A DNA stretch of 64,000 bases, taken from contig JAHLTZ010000049.1 in the NCBI GenBank assembly GCA_025786725.1, forward strand, positions 57,474 to 121,473, written 5' to 3'. The position numbers and the translations under genes were made by a program. The DNA is from Syncephalis fuscata S228. Lineage: Eukaryota > Fungi > Zoopagomycota. The notes beneath the pieces are model-generated. The model searched no databases. It saw only the letters and a program-made list of their open reading frames with translations, and was not told where the DNA came from. Positions 52,236 through 64,000 of this stretch are shown here, piece by piece (position 1 is the stretch's first letter; each line of letters begins with the position of its first letter).

Positions 52236-53802
52236 TTAAGAGATATAAATCAATTTAGGTACAAAGCTTATAATAAGCGTTGTTTTCTTGCTCAGCAATA
52301 TCATGTGTCCAAATGTAACCTTACAGCACTTTACTTCTGATATTGGAAACGAATAGATCTTTACATCGCCTGTTATGACATCGATAATGCAGTATTGGTT
52401 AGTGGTATAATTATAGCTGATAAGTTTTGTATCAATAATATGCTGAAACTAATTAAATCTGTCGCATGAAATGCCTTTATCGATGCGGCGCTGAATCTGC
52501 CCACCCAATAATGAATGATGACTAATTCTAAATTGGATTCTGAGTAGAATACAGCCAAGTTACATATTGGAATTGAAACCACACTTCTAAAGCTATCCGA
52601 TAAATAATAGTATTCGAAAATGACTCCTTTGCTTAACGAGATCACTCTAATGTAGAGTTGGCCACTTATCCCATTACTACTCGACGCGTTTTTAAATACA
52701 GAAAATTTGTAGTAAAATAACATACAATCGCAATCAATTGAACAAAATTCAAACAGTTTCATGATTGCTTCTTCAGGTAACTCCAAACAATCCAAAATAG
52801 TTTCGATCATTTGTGGCGTGCCGTCATCGATCATTAACAGTTGGCATTAAAAGTTAACAACACACACACTATCCTGCATAAATGTTTCTTTTATAAATAC
52901 TGTATTGCAGAATGACCACTTCGTTGCTGCTCACGTAAGTATTCTAAATCCAGTATAATGACAGGCAGCTGAAGCAACAATGTGTTGAGTCGTATATACT
53001 TGTGCATTTAAAAGGTTGGTATAGAGTAATTGAGCGATGCCAGAGTTTGAAATCTTAAAAAACAGCATATAGTTGTCTATAATTCTATCATTCCATTTTT
53101 GATCAATATCAATAGAATGCAGCAGTTGGCAGTTATCTGTGCTCCATACTTGAAGTACGGTAAATGATTTCTTACTGTACTTTAAATGCAAAATTACACG
53201 CATGCCTTTATCAGTGTTGTCTACTTGCAGTTGATATTGATAAAACTTTTTTATCCTTATTAAATTGGTTTTATTCAAATTTAGTGAATATGCTTTGGCT
53301 GTGTTTGTTGGCAATAGCTTAATCAAATCAATCGGCCAACTTTGGTTATTTGCTATTGCAAGTCAGTCATGATAACTTGTAATAATTATGTCACTATAAT
53401 AATTATCTTCTTTTCTTATGGATATATCAAACGTTTTTAGATGAATTGCCAATGATGGCTTGTTTTTTTGCCAATTTAATATCGTGTTCATACGCTGGTT
53501 GTATAGTTGAAACCAAGTACATTTGTTGCTACTTCGTTATCTGTGCCAGTTACTGTTCCTGCCACTTGTTGCTTTTGTTCTAATTGCCATTCTAACCAGT
53601 CAATATCGGTATTGATATTACGAGGAAAATCACGCTGGTATAGTTGAAGCCATAAGCTATTGCGATTAATAGAATTATACAATACTTTACAAGTGCGTGC
53701 CAAAGCAATAATGGCAGTGGCTTCACTCAACGACAATATATGATGAATTATCTCGACAATTTGCCATATCTTTGGCGGTGTGTTGTTATTATGAGTCGAC
53801 AT
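52236..53802 (-). pseudogene. F-box-like family copy 4, degenerate
   Basis: F-box region near-identical to copies 2 and 3. Several frameshifts plus in-frame TGA at 53363-53365 in place of the Trp of SYPGWFAI. Ends SFVPKLIYIS*. Confidence 0.75.
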
Positions 53803-55079
53803 GATGGAAATAGAACTAAACGAATGAAGCAGTTGTTTGAAAGATAACAGACCTTTGGACCGACTAGAATAGCATGACGAACTGCAAATAGAATGCATCT
53901 AGCCTGAATATTTTAAAACTGGTGATCATTTTTTTGTAAAATGATTTGGTTTTATATACATACTTTAGTTTAATTTAATATAGTTTATGTATTTAGTTTG
54001 AAAACTATTACTTTATTTCATATATTGCGTTGTAGGTTAATATGTTTTATAAATACCAACTTTATATATAAACATACATTTATTGCATAATTTACTGATA
54101 ATAATTCTGCATTATTACCATTCTAATATTGCAATTATATTGCTATGATAGTGTCTAGGAAATACATCATATGGTTTGTCAATATAGCATATAAACGATC
54201 ACAAAACAATATATATCAAACATCAGTACTAATTATTAACAACAACTATTACAAAACTATTACATGTAAATATTTGTTTACTATGAAATGATAGCTGTAT
54301 TTAATACCAATAATGACAATAAGTTCTTAGTCCATGTTATTTATACATAGCATCTTACAAGCTATTCAGTTTGATGTAGCTAAACTGTAACAATTAGTGC
54401 CGGTAAGGAATAAGTTTATTATCAGATCAATACTAATTAAATAACACACTGTATTCCAAGCCTTAGGATAAGTATAAGCAAAAACCAAAAGCTAAAGCAT
54501 TAGAATAACTTTAGGGTAAAGTGATACTTGATCATTTAAAATACATTCTTTAAACTAGAGCGGTAACAATAAATACACGATGTAAAAGCATAAATAACGG
54601 CGCTAAAGCTATAGTGCATATAACGCAATGAGTGTGCTGGGCGAAGTGTGCTGAAGTATAATAAATAAGATGTATTTAATATAGCATATAATGATATATA
54701 ATAGTATAGGGCAGATTGCTAATGTTATAGATGAACGGATATACCTATATGTACTGAATAATAAATTATAATAACGAGTATTTTCACCATTGACGTCATT
54801 CACCGCCCAATTCCTGTTTACTAGAACGAATGTCTAGCTCAATTGCACAAATATTATTAAATATAACCAATTGGCCATCAAATCATACCAATTACTAATA
54901 AATTGTAATGTTAATTAAATAGCATTAACATTAATAAAACAACCAAGTAAAATGTTATCTTATCTGTTATAATAATAAGTGGTAGATTAACCGTGTAAAT
55001 ATAACAATACACACACAATTACAATAGAGCTATATAGATTAAAACGATTACAAAGGTAATACGTTGTTGCAAGGGCCAA
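53484..55079 (-). repeat. 1.6-kb segmental duplication, inverted partner of 27381-28975
   Basis: Near-identical reverse complement of 27381-28975. Confidence 0.95.
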
Positions 55080-55773
55080 ACTGGATATAAATAAAATAAC
55101 TTGTTTATTTAATTAATTTGCAAACTATTACTTTACTTTCTACATTGAGTAATCTGCTGAACTTTATTATAAAGACTTTATCCTATTACCTAAGTACTCT
55201 ACTAATGACATTTTTGTATCGTATCATTACAAATACAATCTATTAATATTAACATTGTATAATGTTACATCGATCTTCCTATTATCATATTGCTTTCTCT
55301 GGATCGGCACTGTAACTGGCATCAACGTATTTGATTAATCATTAGTTTGCATTATCCAAATACGTGTCCTACAAATCTATACCTTAAGTCTACATTATTT
55401 TCCAATATTCGTACTAACTATCGTTAAATTTTATTGAACTAATATGCATTGTTCATATACGCAAAGGCTAGCACGCAAACATCTGTGAGTGTTTCTGTCA
55501 CCATCTATTTAGGAATGAACGAATAACTAATACTAGACTACTATTTTTGTGAACGAAACTGCTAAATAATCAAATTTTGCTTGCCATCGCCTTGCTATAT
55601 ATATTTGAAGCTAACTGTTAGTATCTTTATTCACATTATGTTGTTATAGTTTGTTTTCAAACAATAATACTTGTAAGTGAATTATTATTGCTAGCTATCG
55701 ATCAATTTATTAACTAGTGTAATTAAATTTATATTATAAATGGCTACTATTTGATTATAATAGTGCCGGATAT

Positions 55774-57480
55774 TTATTCAGGCTTCCAGTTTGGATTGAA
55801 AGTCTTTTTAATTGGCTGCCAGGCTTCCCAGTATTCGTGGTCTTGATGCTGTAGACTCCAAAGAGTTGGTCGCACCATAAGGCTGCTTTCAAACATGAAA
55901 GCCTGCGTACCGTCGGCTACACGTACCGGATTCAACGCTGCCTTGGTAGCGCCCTCGACCGTCGTGGCATCTGGGCCGTGTGGTGTCATCATACTATGCA
56001 GACTGCAGACCATTAATAGGATGTTCTAGAAGCTTACCAGCTATTATTTAACATACCTGGCACCACCTGGCAAGAATCCCTTGGCCTTGGCCTCGTAAGC
56101 ACCGTGGATTAGGCCCATAAACTCGGACATGATGTTACGGTGAAAGTAGGGAGGGCGGAAAGTACGTTCTTGGACTGCCCAACGGGGTGGGAAAATAACA
56201 AAATCAGCGATGGCCGTGCCTGGTCGAGCAGATTTGCATGTCAATACAGTAAATATCGACGGGTCCTACAATGATCATAAAATTAAATTAATAAATGCCA
56301 ATTACCCAATAAATACCTACAATATGATCAAATGATACTGAATTGATTACACAGAAATGGGCCAGATCGTATTTGTATGGCGCATAGTTGCCGTGCCATG
56401 CAACGACGTCGAATGGCGTATGCTCCTGCTCAGCTGAAAACAATTGGCCATCATATTTACTAATGATTTCAAATTTAGTATCATTTTCTTCATAAGCAGC
56501 AATCGGCGTAAGAAAATCACGTGGATTAGCCAATCCATTAGCACCTATTAAAAGAGTAAGTAATACAAACCGGCTATTATTAAATAGACATACCAATAGG
56601 ACCAAGATCTGGCAATTCAAAATGATCACTATAAACCTCTAGAATATAGCCACGACTAAAAAGCGATTAGTACATAAATAGCAATTAGCGCCAATAAACC
56701 GTCATACCTAATGCCATCGGGTAAATTAACAGAGAAACGAATACCACGCTGAATAACACAGATATGATTAGGTGGTACGTCTAGCCAGCCAAACTCGGTC
56801 TGAATTTCCAAGCGGCCCTGTTGCGGCACTAGTGATTACATGTCAGTCACGTTAATAAACACTATATATATGTATAGGCTTACCGATAAGAAAATCGCCA
56901 TCAGCATTATAAAAGGCACGCTGGTTCATACTCTTTTCGGCAATGTAGACGTGGTAGGCTACACCTTCACGCATAGCAGCATTGCCAGCACCAGCTACAG
57001 TATATAGTCCATCGACAAAGTCTTTATCTTTACCATGATCTTCAGAGAATGGCAGCCAGCGCAATTGATTTGGCGTTAGCTGACATTTATTCGAATTAAA
57101 GTCAGCCACTATTGAATGTGGTCCATAAGGTAGAAATGGCTTATGTTGCACTGATGGGCGGATACGATACAACCAGCTAATAAACAGTGCTATTAGTAAT
57201 ACATTCAATAGTCTATAACTAATAGCATTTACCTGCGCTGATTACCGTGACGGCCAACTGTAAAGGCTGTGCCTGATAACTGTTCAGCATATAGTCCATA
57301 GGGGCATACTTGTGGCGTATTTTGGCCTATCCAATAAATATCGAGTATTGTTGTTAACAATGTAGTACTTGTTTTTGCTATCTATACCATACCTTTAGGA
57401 AGTGCATTAGGTAAGGCCTCCGAGCTAAACTCATTGCCAAAACCTGGCATATACTCGAATGAACGCTTATCACTGGCCAT
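55774..57480 (-). CDS. HGD: Homogentisate 1,2-dioxygenase, multi-exon
   Basis: [19 protein letters not shown]; [13 protein letters not shown]; [11 protein letters not shown]; PNQLRW; [14 protein letters not shown]; [18 protein letters not shown]; [19 protein letters not shown]; [12 protein letters not shown]. Confidence 0.97.
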
Positions 57481-57553
57481 AGTTTAAATAGCGTGGACAG
57501 GGCTGAAATATCAAGTACTTGCTAAGCAAGGGAATAAAACAATATAGCTACGT

Positions 57554-57632
57554 TGACGTCAACTTGAACCGGTTGATATATTAGTAAGGCAGTATGAATT
57601 GGTGTAACTAATGTCGCTTCCACGGTCACGTG
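57554..57632. promoter_or_regulatory. CRE (TGACGTCA, 57554) and E-box (GTCACGTG, 57625) in the divergent HGD/eIF5A promoter
   Basis: Motif match only. Confidence 0.4.
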
Positions 57633-58072
57633 CTGTATTAACTGCCCCTGCGCTGTGGTTAAAACTGACATTTTAAAACTAACATCCGTCGAACCAATCA
57701 GTTAATAGAACAATTGTCGCTGCTTCTAATACTGTCGAATTTTCCTCTTTTTTTCGCTAGCCACGTACATTTAAACTGCCCCTTTCTTCTTCTAGCCTCA
57801 GCTTAGTACTTTTGGGTTCCTTTATTGATTGTTCAATTTCTTGGTAAGTTACGACAAGCGTAGCTAGTGAAATGTTGCAAGTGTTTGTGGGATAGGCGTG
57901 TGTTTTTACGCGATAAAGTTGCAATGCAATTAAACAGCAAATAGTTGTTTGGATTATTAAGATGTATGCACTTTACGTAAAGATTTGATGGCCTACGGTT
58001 AGCAAATACTTTTCTACGATAATTATTCTATAGCACATATAAAAGCCATTTACTAATATATTATTATTAGCC

Positions 58073-58561
58073 ATGGCCGACGATTTGCACAACCACGACT
58101 TCATCGGCGAAGCCGGATCTAGTGCCTCCGCCACCTATCCTATGCAATGCTCTGCTTTGCGTAAGGGTGGACACGTCGTCATCAAGGGTCGTCCATGCAA
58201 GATCGTCGACATGTCGACCTCAAAGACTGGCAAGCACGGTCACGCCAAGGTTAACATGACCGCCATCGATATCTTCACTGGCAAGAAGCTCGAAGATGTG
58301 TCGCCATCCACCCACAACATGGATGTCCCTAACGTCAGCCGTGTTGAATACGAAGCCGTGATGATTGACGATGATGGCTTCGTCACCTTGATGACACCTG
58401 ATGGCGCCTCCAAGGACGACATCAAGTACCCAGAAGATAAGCTTGATGAGTTCAGAGAAGCTCTTGAGAAGGCTCAAGATGCCGGCAAATCGATTGTGGC
58501 TACTGTTCTATCTGCTATGGGTGAAGAGTCCATCATTACCTACAAGGAAACCAATCAATAA
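58073..58561 (+). CDS. HYP2: Translation factor eIF5A; probable 5'-UTR intron ~57844-58070
   Basis: [13 protein letters not shown]...[13 protein letters not shown] (hypusine site)...[12 protein letters not shown]. Confidence 0.98.
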   Translation: MADDLHNHDFIGEAGSSASATYPMQCSALRKGGHVVIKGRPCKIVDMSTSKTGKHGHAKVNMTAIDIFTGKKLEDVSPSTHNMDVPNVSRVEYEAVMIDDDGFVTLMTPDGASKDDIKYPEDKLDEFREALEKAQDAGKSIVATVLSAMGEESIITYKETNQ

Positions 58562-58641
58562 GATTGAATAAATCTGCAGTTGTGCATTACATATAACAAC
58601 ACTGATAATTATATAATATATATATATGCTATGTACTATTT

Positions 58642-60673
58642 TTATTCTTGTTTAGTCAATGTAATGCAATGTAATCCTTTCTCAGTAAGTATAAGAATTT
58701 GTTCGTTTAAAGTGTCAACGGCTTGTACACCCAGTATATCTGACATGTCATCAGCCAGATTAACTACATACTGAATGGCATGCGGACTATGTCGTGTTGG
58801 TGCACGTCGATACACAAACAATCGCTGGCGTGTCTCTACAACGACAATGTACTGAGCCAGAGCACTGAATACAATAAATCGTCGGTCACGCTTTGATGCC
58901 TGTACAAATCCAAAGGCATCAAAGGTGGCAGCGTGTTGTGCGTGCAATATATGCTCACCACTCAGCTCATAAACAAGTCCATCAATGTCCTGTCGTAAAC
59001 AAATGGCTGGTAATCGAGATGGCACATTGATGTTGGATAAATTGGCACTGATACTAATATCAAGTGGCAATCGAGCACCTAATCCAAGCCAGTCTTGACC
59101 AGTTGGTTTAATACAATGAGTAATGGCCGGTGTAGTAGCTTGATTTGATACACGATAGAAACTAACTGTTTCACCTTCTTCGTCTTCAGCCTCAAGTGGA
59201 TCGCTGAATACATGTGTCATAGGTGGTTGACGTGCTCTAATTGCACTGGCCGTTTCGTTAGTGGTTAGCTTTTCAAGTTGATCACGTATTTCAGCCAGTG
59301 CACTTGGGTCTAACGTTTCAAGAACGCCGTCATCATCAGCAAATACATGTGGCCATCGGGATAGTCCACCTGTAGATTTGCCTTCACGTTGTAGATGCAA
59401 AGTAAGTAGCCGACCTGATTCTAAAGTCCATAGGCACTCAGTGGGTCGAATACGGTCATAAAGAGTACGATGTTGCATCCATAACAACGGATCCAATCCA
59501 TCTAGTACATCAATATGAATGGCAGTTGGTGTAAATTCACATTGAATCTGTTGCGTCATTACACATCGACTCAGTACAATATAAATGGTTAATTCCTGGT
59601 CATTTTCTGTTTGTGTCCAGCTATAAGATGGTAGCGATGACGATATAAACTGTGGTGGTGGCGGTGGTGGCCCTTCACTAGCCAGATCTGTAATTGCTGC
59701 TTCTTCAGACTTGGAAGACACAAGTGTGAATGGCATACGACCGCCAACAATATATGTATCTGCTTTATCGAAATAGGCATAAGTGGGAGGATCGTGTGAT
59801 TCAATCTGTTGTTCAAGCTGATAATCCATTATGGCTGATGGTATATTGTTACAAGGATCCAGCGATATTAAATTAATAAAAAATGACTTTTTTACTTGTT
59901 TTTGTTGATCTTCGGCCAAGTGTTGTTGATTGCGATCAATCTTATTCATTGTTCTATTATTGTTATTTGAGTTAATAAATTCTTCAATAGTGATTTTTAC
60001 TTACAGTATTAATAATTGTATTTGTTTTGTTGCTGGCACTTGTGTCATATCTAGTACTGTACATGGCAGGCCACATATTGGCTCAGTGGTAGCAGCAGTA
60101 GTTTCTAGATACGTCCATTTTTTTATGAGTTGGGCTGGTGTATCTTGCTGGCCGTACCATTCTAATAAGAAAAGCTGCCCCTTTCCATTGGATACAACTA
60201 TCCATTGTCCATAGTACACGACAGATGGATAGTGTTCAATTTGATCCGGTAAAATAGAAGAGGTAGAAGCAGGCATTTGAAATAACGGCTCAATAACTAC
60301 TGGATTCATTAGAGCAGACTAGAAAGCAGTATTAACATCAATGGTTATAAATATATCAAACATCTACCTCTCCAAGACGTATGGCCATTAACCAGCCGTC
60401 ATTATCGATATAGTAAAACAGCGCCTCTTTTTTACCATCAATAATATACTGAGGACCTTGGAATAAATGGTTATAGCAAGCTCGTGACCTCATTTCGCCA
60501 TAAGTAATATCCACTTGACTGGATAGTAATATTGGCTGTACAGGCCGTGGTAACCATTGTTGAGACTGGGCTTGGTCAGGTAGAATAGATAGCTGATAGC
60601 CATCAAACTGAGGATTCAATAAAACACGGTCTGTCACTAACGGGACAGTTTGCGGTGGCGTGGCAGTATTCAT
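58642..60673 (-). CDS. NUDCD1: NudC domain-containing protein 1 (NUDCD1/CML66), 3 exons
   Basis: DRVLLNPQFDGYQLS; CS domain YSWTQTE...LYDRI...CLWTL; ICLRQDIDG; HAATFDAFGFVQASKRDRRF. Confidence 0.85.
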
Positions 60674-60830
60674 ACTAATGGTCTATGCTATACTACACTA
60701 TACTATGAATTAAGCAAAAGCAAGTGTACGTCATATAAATGAATTGCTAGTTGGTACAAGTGAAAAGTGGATAAAATAGATGGTATTGGTTTTTTTTATT
60801 TTTTTATTTTTCTTAATCATACAGGCAACA

Positions 60831-62449
60831 ATGCCGAAACGGACTCGTCAGCATTTGTCGTACGCTATTCGTCGAATAGAAGCAAAGGTATACTAACATG
60901 GATTGGCATATGACTGAAAACAGCAAGTATTAACTAATATTTAGGATGGCCAAGCAGCAGTAGACCGTGTAATTCGTATGAAAGAAGAAAAAATACGTAA
61001 AAAATTGGTAAAATACAATAATAAATACAAGTGCCTTATTTATACTAATGCAAGGCTATAGCATACGATACAGCGGGAACTACGTAAAGATACAAAGAAA
61101 GCGCGTGCGTTTTGCCTACAACGTATTATAAAACGAATTAAATCTGAAAAGGCGGAAAAAATGTTGGTGTTATTCATCATATCGTATAAATACTAATTAC
61201 CTCTAGAACAAAAGAAGAGTCGATTAAGAAACGAGATGTGCGTTTACAACAATTAGATCAGGAATTAGCGGCATTAAAGGTAATTGTAAATGCATGGGTG
61301 GATTATATAAATCATTTATTATTATGTATTTAGGCTATTGATTTAGATGATATTGCTATGAAGGCGCTGGACAATGCAGTGCGACAACACTCACAGATAC
61401 CCAGTTATAAGGTTATGCAACGTATTTTAGAAGATCCTACTGCTTTGTATACACAAAAGAAAAAATTGAAAAACAATAGTAGTACAGAAACTGTGACTAC
61501 ATCCGCTGAACAAACTTTAAACCAGGCCAAGACAATGCAAGATGCGCTACAACGAGCGGTAGAAGGCATTCTAACCACAGTACAGTTTTTGGAAGGGGAA
61601 CGAGATCATACTAAACGTGAATCTAAAAAGACAGCCAAAGCAAGATCGAGTAGTATAACACCGACCGATTCAAATGAAGAAAAGGTACGTAAGATACATA
61701 AATGCAATATGATATAAAATAACCAACGCTTCTTAGTCGGCAACAGTAACTTCTTCGATGTTTATGACCTCTTTAGGTGGCCATACAAAAGAAGATGTAG
61801 CCTCTGATGAAGATGAAGAGAAGGATTGGGATTCAGACATCTCTCAGCCTAGCTATTCCGACAGTGAAGACGACGATGACGGTGAGCATCGTCTGAAAAA
61901 AGACGATGAGGATCCGGAACCCATCATTGACTATGACATTAGTATGTCAGAAGATGAAGATCACGGAGCACTTAATAATAAAAAGGCCAAGGTTTAAAGA
62001 AGAAGAATCGGCCAGGTCAACAAGCTAGAAGAAAGTAAGTTTTATTTTATCAATACAGCTTAAAGCTTATTTGGTGGTTGGTTAATTAATAGGATGAACG
62101 AGGAGCGGTACGGCAGGAATGCACACCATGTACGAAAGGAAATGGAGGAACGCCGTTTAACGCAGCAACAGCAACAGCATTCTAGACACGGTTTTACAGA
62201 AGCTGACGGCGCTCGCATGCATCTTCTAGACGGGCACAATTACTAACAGCCCAACCACATCCCAAGAAGCAAAAGCCAACGGCGTTTGGTACTAATAACA
62301 GAAGGCCTCAACAGCAAGCAGCTACTAGTCAAGTGGATTCGTCAGCTCATCCGTCATGGGAGGCAAAACGCAAGCAAAAGGAGCAAGAAGCCGCGCTATT
62401 ACGTGCTAAACCTTCAGGCACTAAGATTGTATTTGATGACGATGATTAA
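60831..62449 (+). CDS. BUD22: Bud22/SRFBP1 ribosome-biogenesis protein, multi-exon; apparent indels near 61990 and 62220
   Basis: KKARAFCLQRIIKRI; acidic centre; KKNRPGQQARRK...YGRNAHHV; HPSWEAKRKQK...PSGTKIVFDDD*. Confidence 0.85.
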
Positions 62450-64000
62450 AAGTGGCCATACATCTATATAATTAATAAATTAAATGTTAAACTTTATTAA
62501 TGACCAAATTATCACATTATAGTAGATTTATTATCCAGTATGCATATATACTCTATCCATCTATTTCATTCTGATATACTAGACACAAATTATCTGTTAT
62601 AGTTTTCAATGTGTTTCACTTATTTCATTTATTGCTGCACACGTACGATAACTTTAACATCATTATTAATGCCTTTTTGTTGTATATTTATATCATTACA
62701 TATACACTCTTCCAGCCATACTCTACCCAAAACTGCTTTCCTTTTTTTGTTCTAGCACTATCATTAATAAATATGACTGACCATAATCATTTTGATAGCT
62801 AATTTATTTGCGGTGTCGTGTTTAATAGAACGAATGTTAGTTTAATAAAACAAATACTATCAATTGCAGCCACTCAATCAGTAAATTATACTAGTATTTG
62901 CTAGCAACCTGTTTAACATTGGTTTAATAGTCTAATACTTATAAATCAAATAAATCAATGTTATTGTTGTTCAAATAGATAATGTAGGTATAGTTATATT
63001 AATTTAACAAATTTTAATATGCTAATGCTGCGATACAATCCGCGTGCCTGAATGAAGTGCTAAAGCTATTGAGTATTATATTGATATTGTTGCTATAATA
63101 AAGCTTTTGATTTAAAACTATTTAAACTATATAGCATTATAAGAAAGTAGCCATATTATAACACGTATGTGACATGTTATGTATTGAATCTATATGCCGT
63201 ATACTAAACGTAGTATACACACCTATGTTTATTTCTTATGTCAAATATATAAAAACATTTATTTTATTAGTAAATAAGAAATTACTACTTTTTACATTAA
63301 TAAATTGCCATTTATTAAATATTAAACGTATTGCTTAATACTTATAATTGATATAAGTACGATAGTACAATGAAAATAAATTTATCATCATAATGGCTAT
63401 AATATATACAACAGTTGAAGCACATGCAATCCAGCTAATTACGTGTCAACAAAAGTATGACTTGCTGTCTAGTATATTGCTTGATTTGCCAGTTAGCATA
63501 GTAATGGTATCAGTACTATTAGCAGTAATCGATAGTTGTATATGATAGCTTGTCGATACATCAATTGGCATAAAGTCAAATAAACATACACCTCATTGTA
63601 GTCATGAAATGCATAAGTTACTGCATGCTGAATAGTGATTATTATTAACAGCATCAATTGCTTTGCATAAAATACGCAACAATACTACCATATGTCTATT
63701 AGTCCAACATCACTGGCATGGTTACTAGCTGTGCTTAACAGTAGCATATTAATACGCAGCAATGTCTATTTGGCACATCATATTGTCAATTATACAGTTT
63801 CAGCGTTGGTTCATGTAGCCATGACTGATCGTTAATAACCGCTGTCAATTTGCCAACTATATCATTCGGCAAACATAATTGCCAATGCACTATTAACTGA
63901 TATATGTATTAACTATTTATATTACTTATAAGCACCGTGTGTGAACAATAGCACACTAGTACGTATTAATAGACTTCCGACCGCATACGCTATGAATGGT

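Noticed and set aside
62500-64000. Gene or mobile element at the window end
   Set aside because: Only scattered short motif echoes (caattg/ttggca/gtcaa), with no ORF, TIR or periodicity I can support.
1-64000. CRISPR array, tRNA/rRNA genes, transposase or reverse transcriptase; the many antisense short ORFs in the track
   Set aside because: None recognised by eye. Antisense and alternative-frame ORFs are shadows of the spliced genes listed.

Overview
This is an AT-rich eukaryotic nuclear window from a fungus. The ~45-70 nt introns and gene content suggest an early-diverging lineage (Zoopagomycota/Mucoromycota-like; inference only). Densely packed housekeeping genes are EPT1/CPT1, RNase H2 subunit B, RPL25/uL23, exportin-T, OLE1, UTP10, DPH6, ETF-alpha, VPS25, PHS1, HGD, eIF5A, NUDCD1 and BUD22. 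They alternate with gene-poor islands carrying intronless accessory genes: a CAP/SCP protein, a secreted PI-PLC-like enzyme and four paralogues of an F-box-like family. Two structures stand out. (1) A 3.57-kb near-perfect non-coding palindrome at 44575-48145 (two ~1.68-kb arms, ~207-bp quasi-palindromic spacer, internal ~333-bp modules) has a truncated sibling at 20448-21732, and at one diagnostic site the two arms of each copy share a copy-specific base. (2) In the F-box-like family the leader plus F-box cassette is nearly identical among three copies while the C-terminal domain is highly divergent, and two copies sit in a 1.6-kb inverted duplication ~24.5 kb apart. Several single-base indels in conserved genes look like sequencing errors, so frameshift-based pseudogene calls need caution. 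All product calls come from motif recognition by eye; no database searches were run, and identities are visual estimates.
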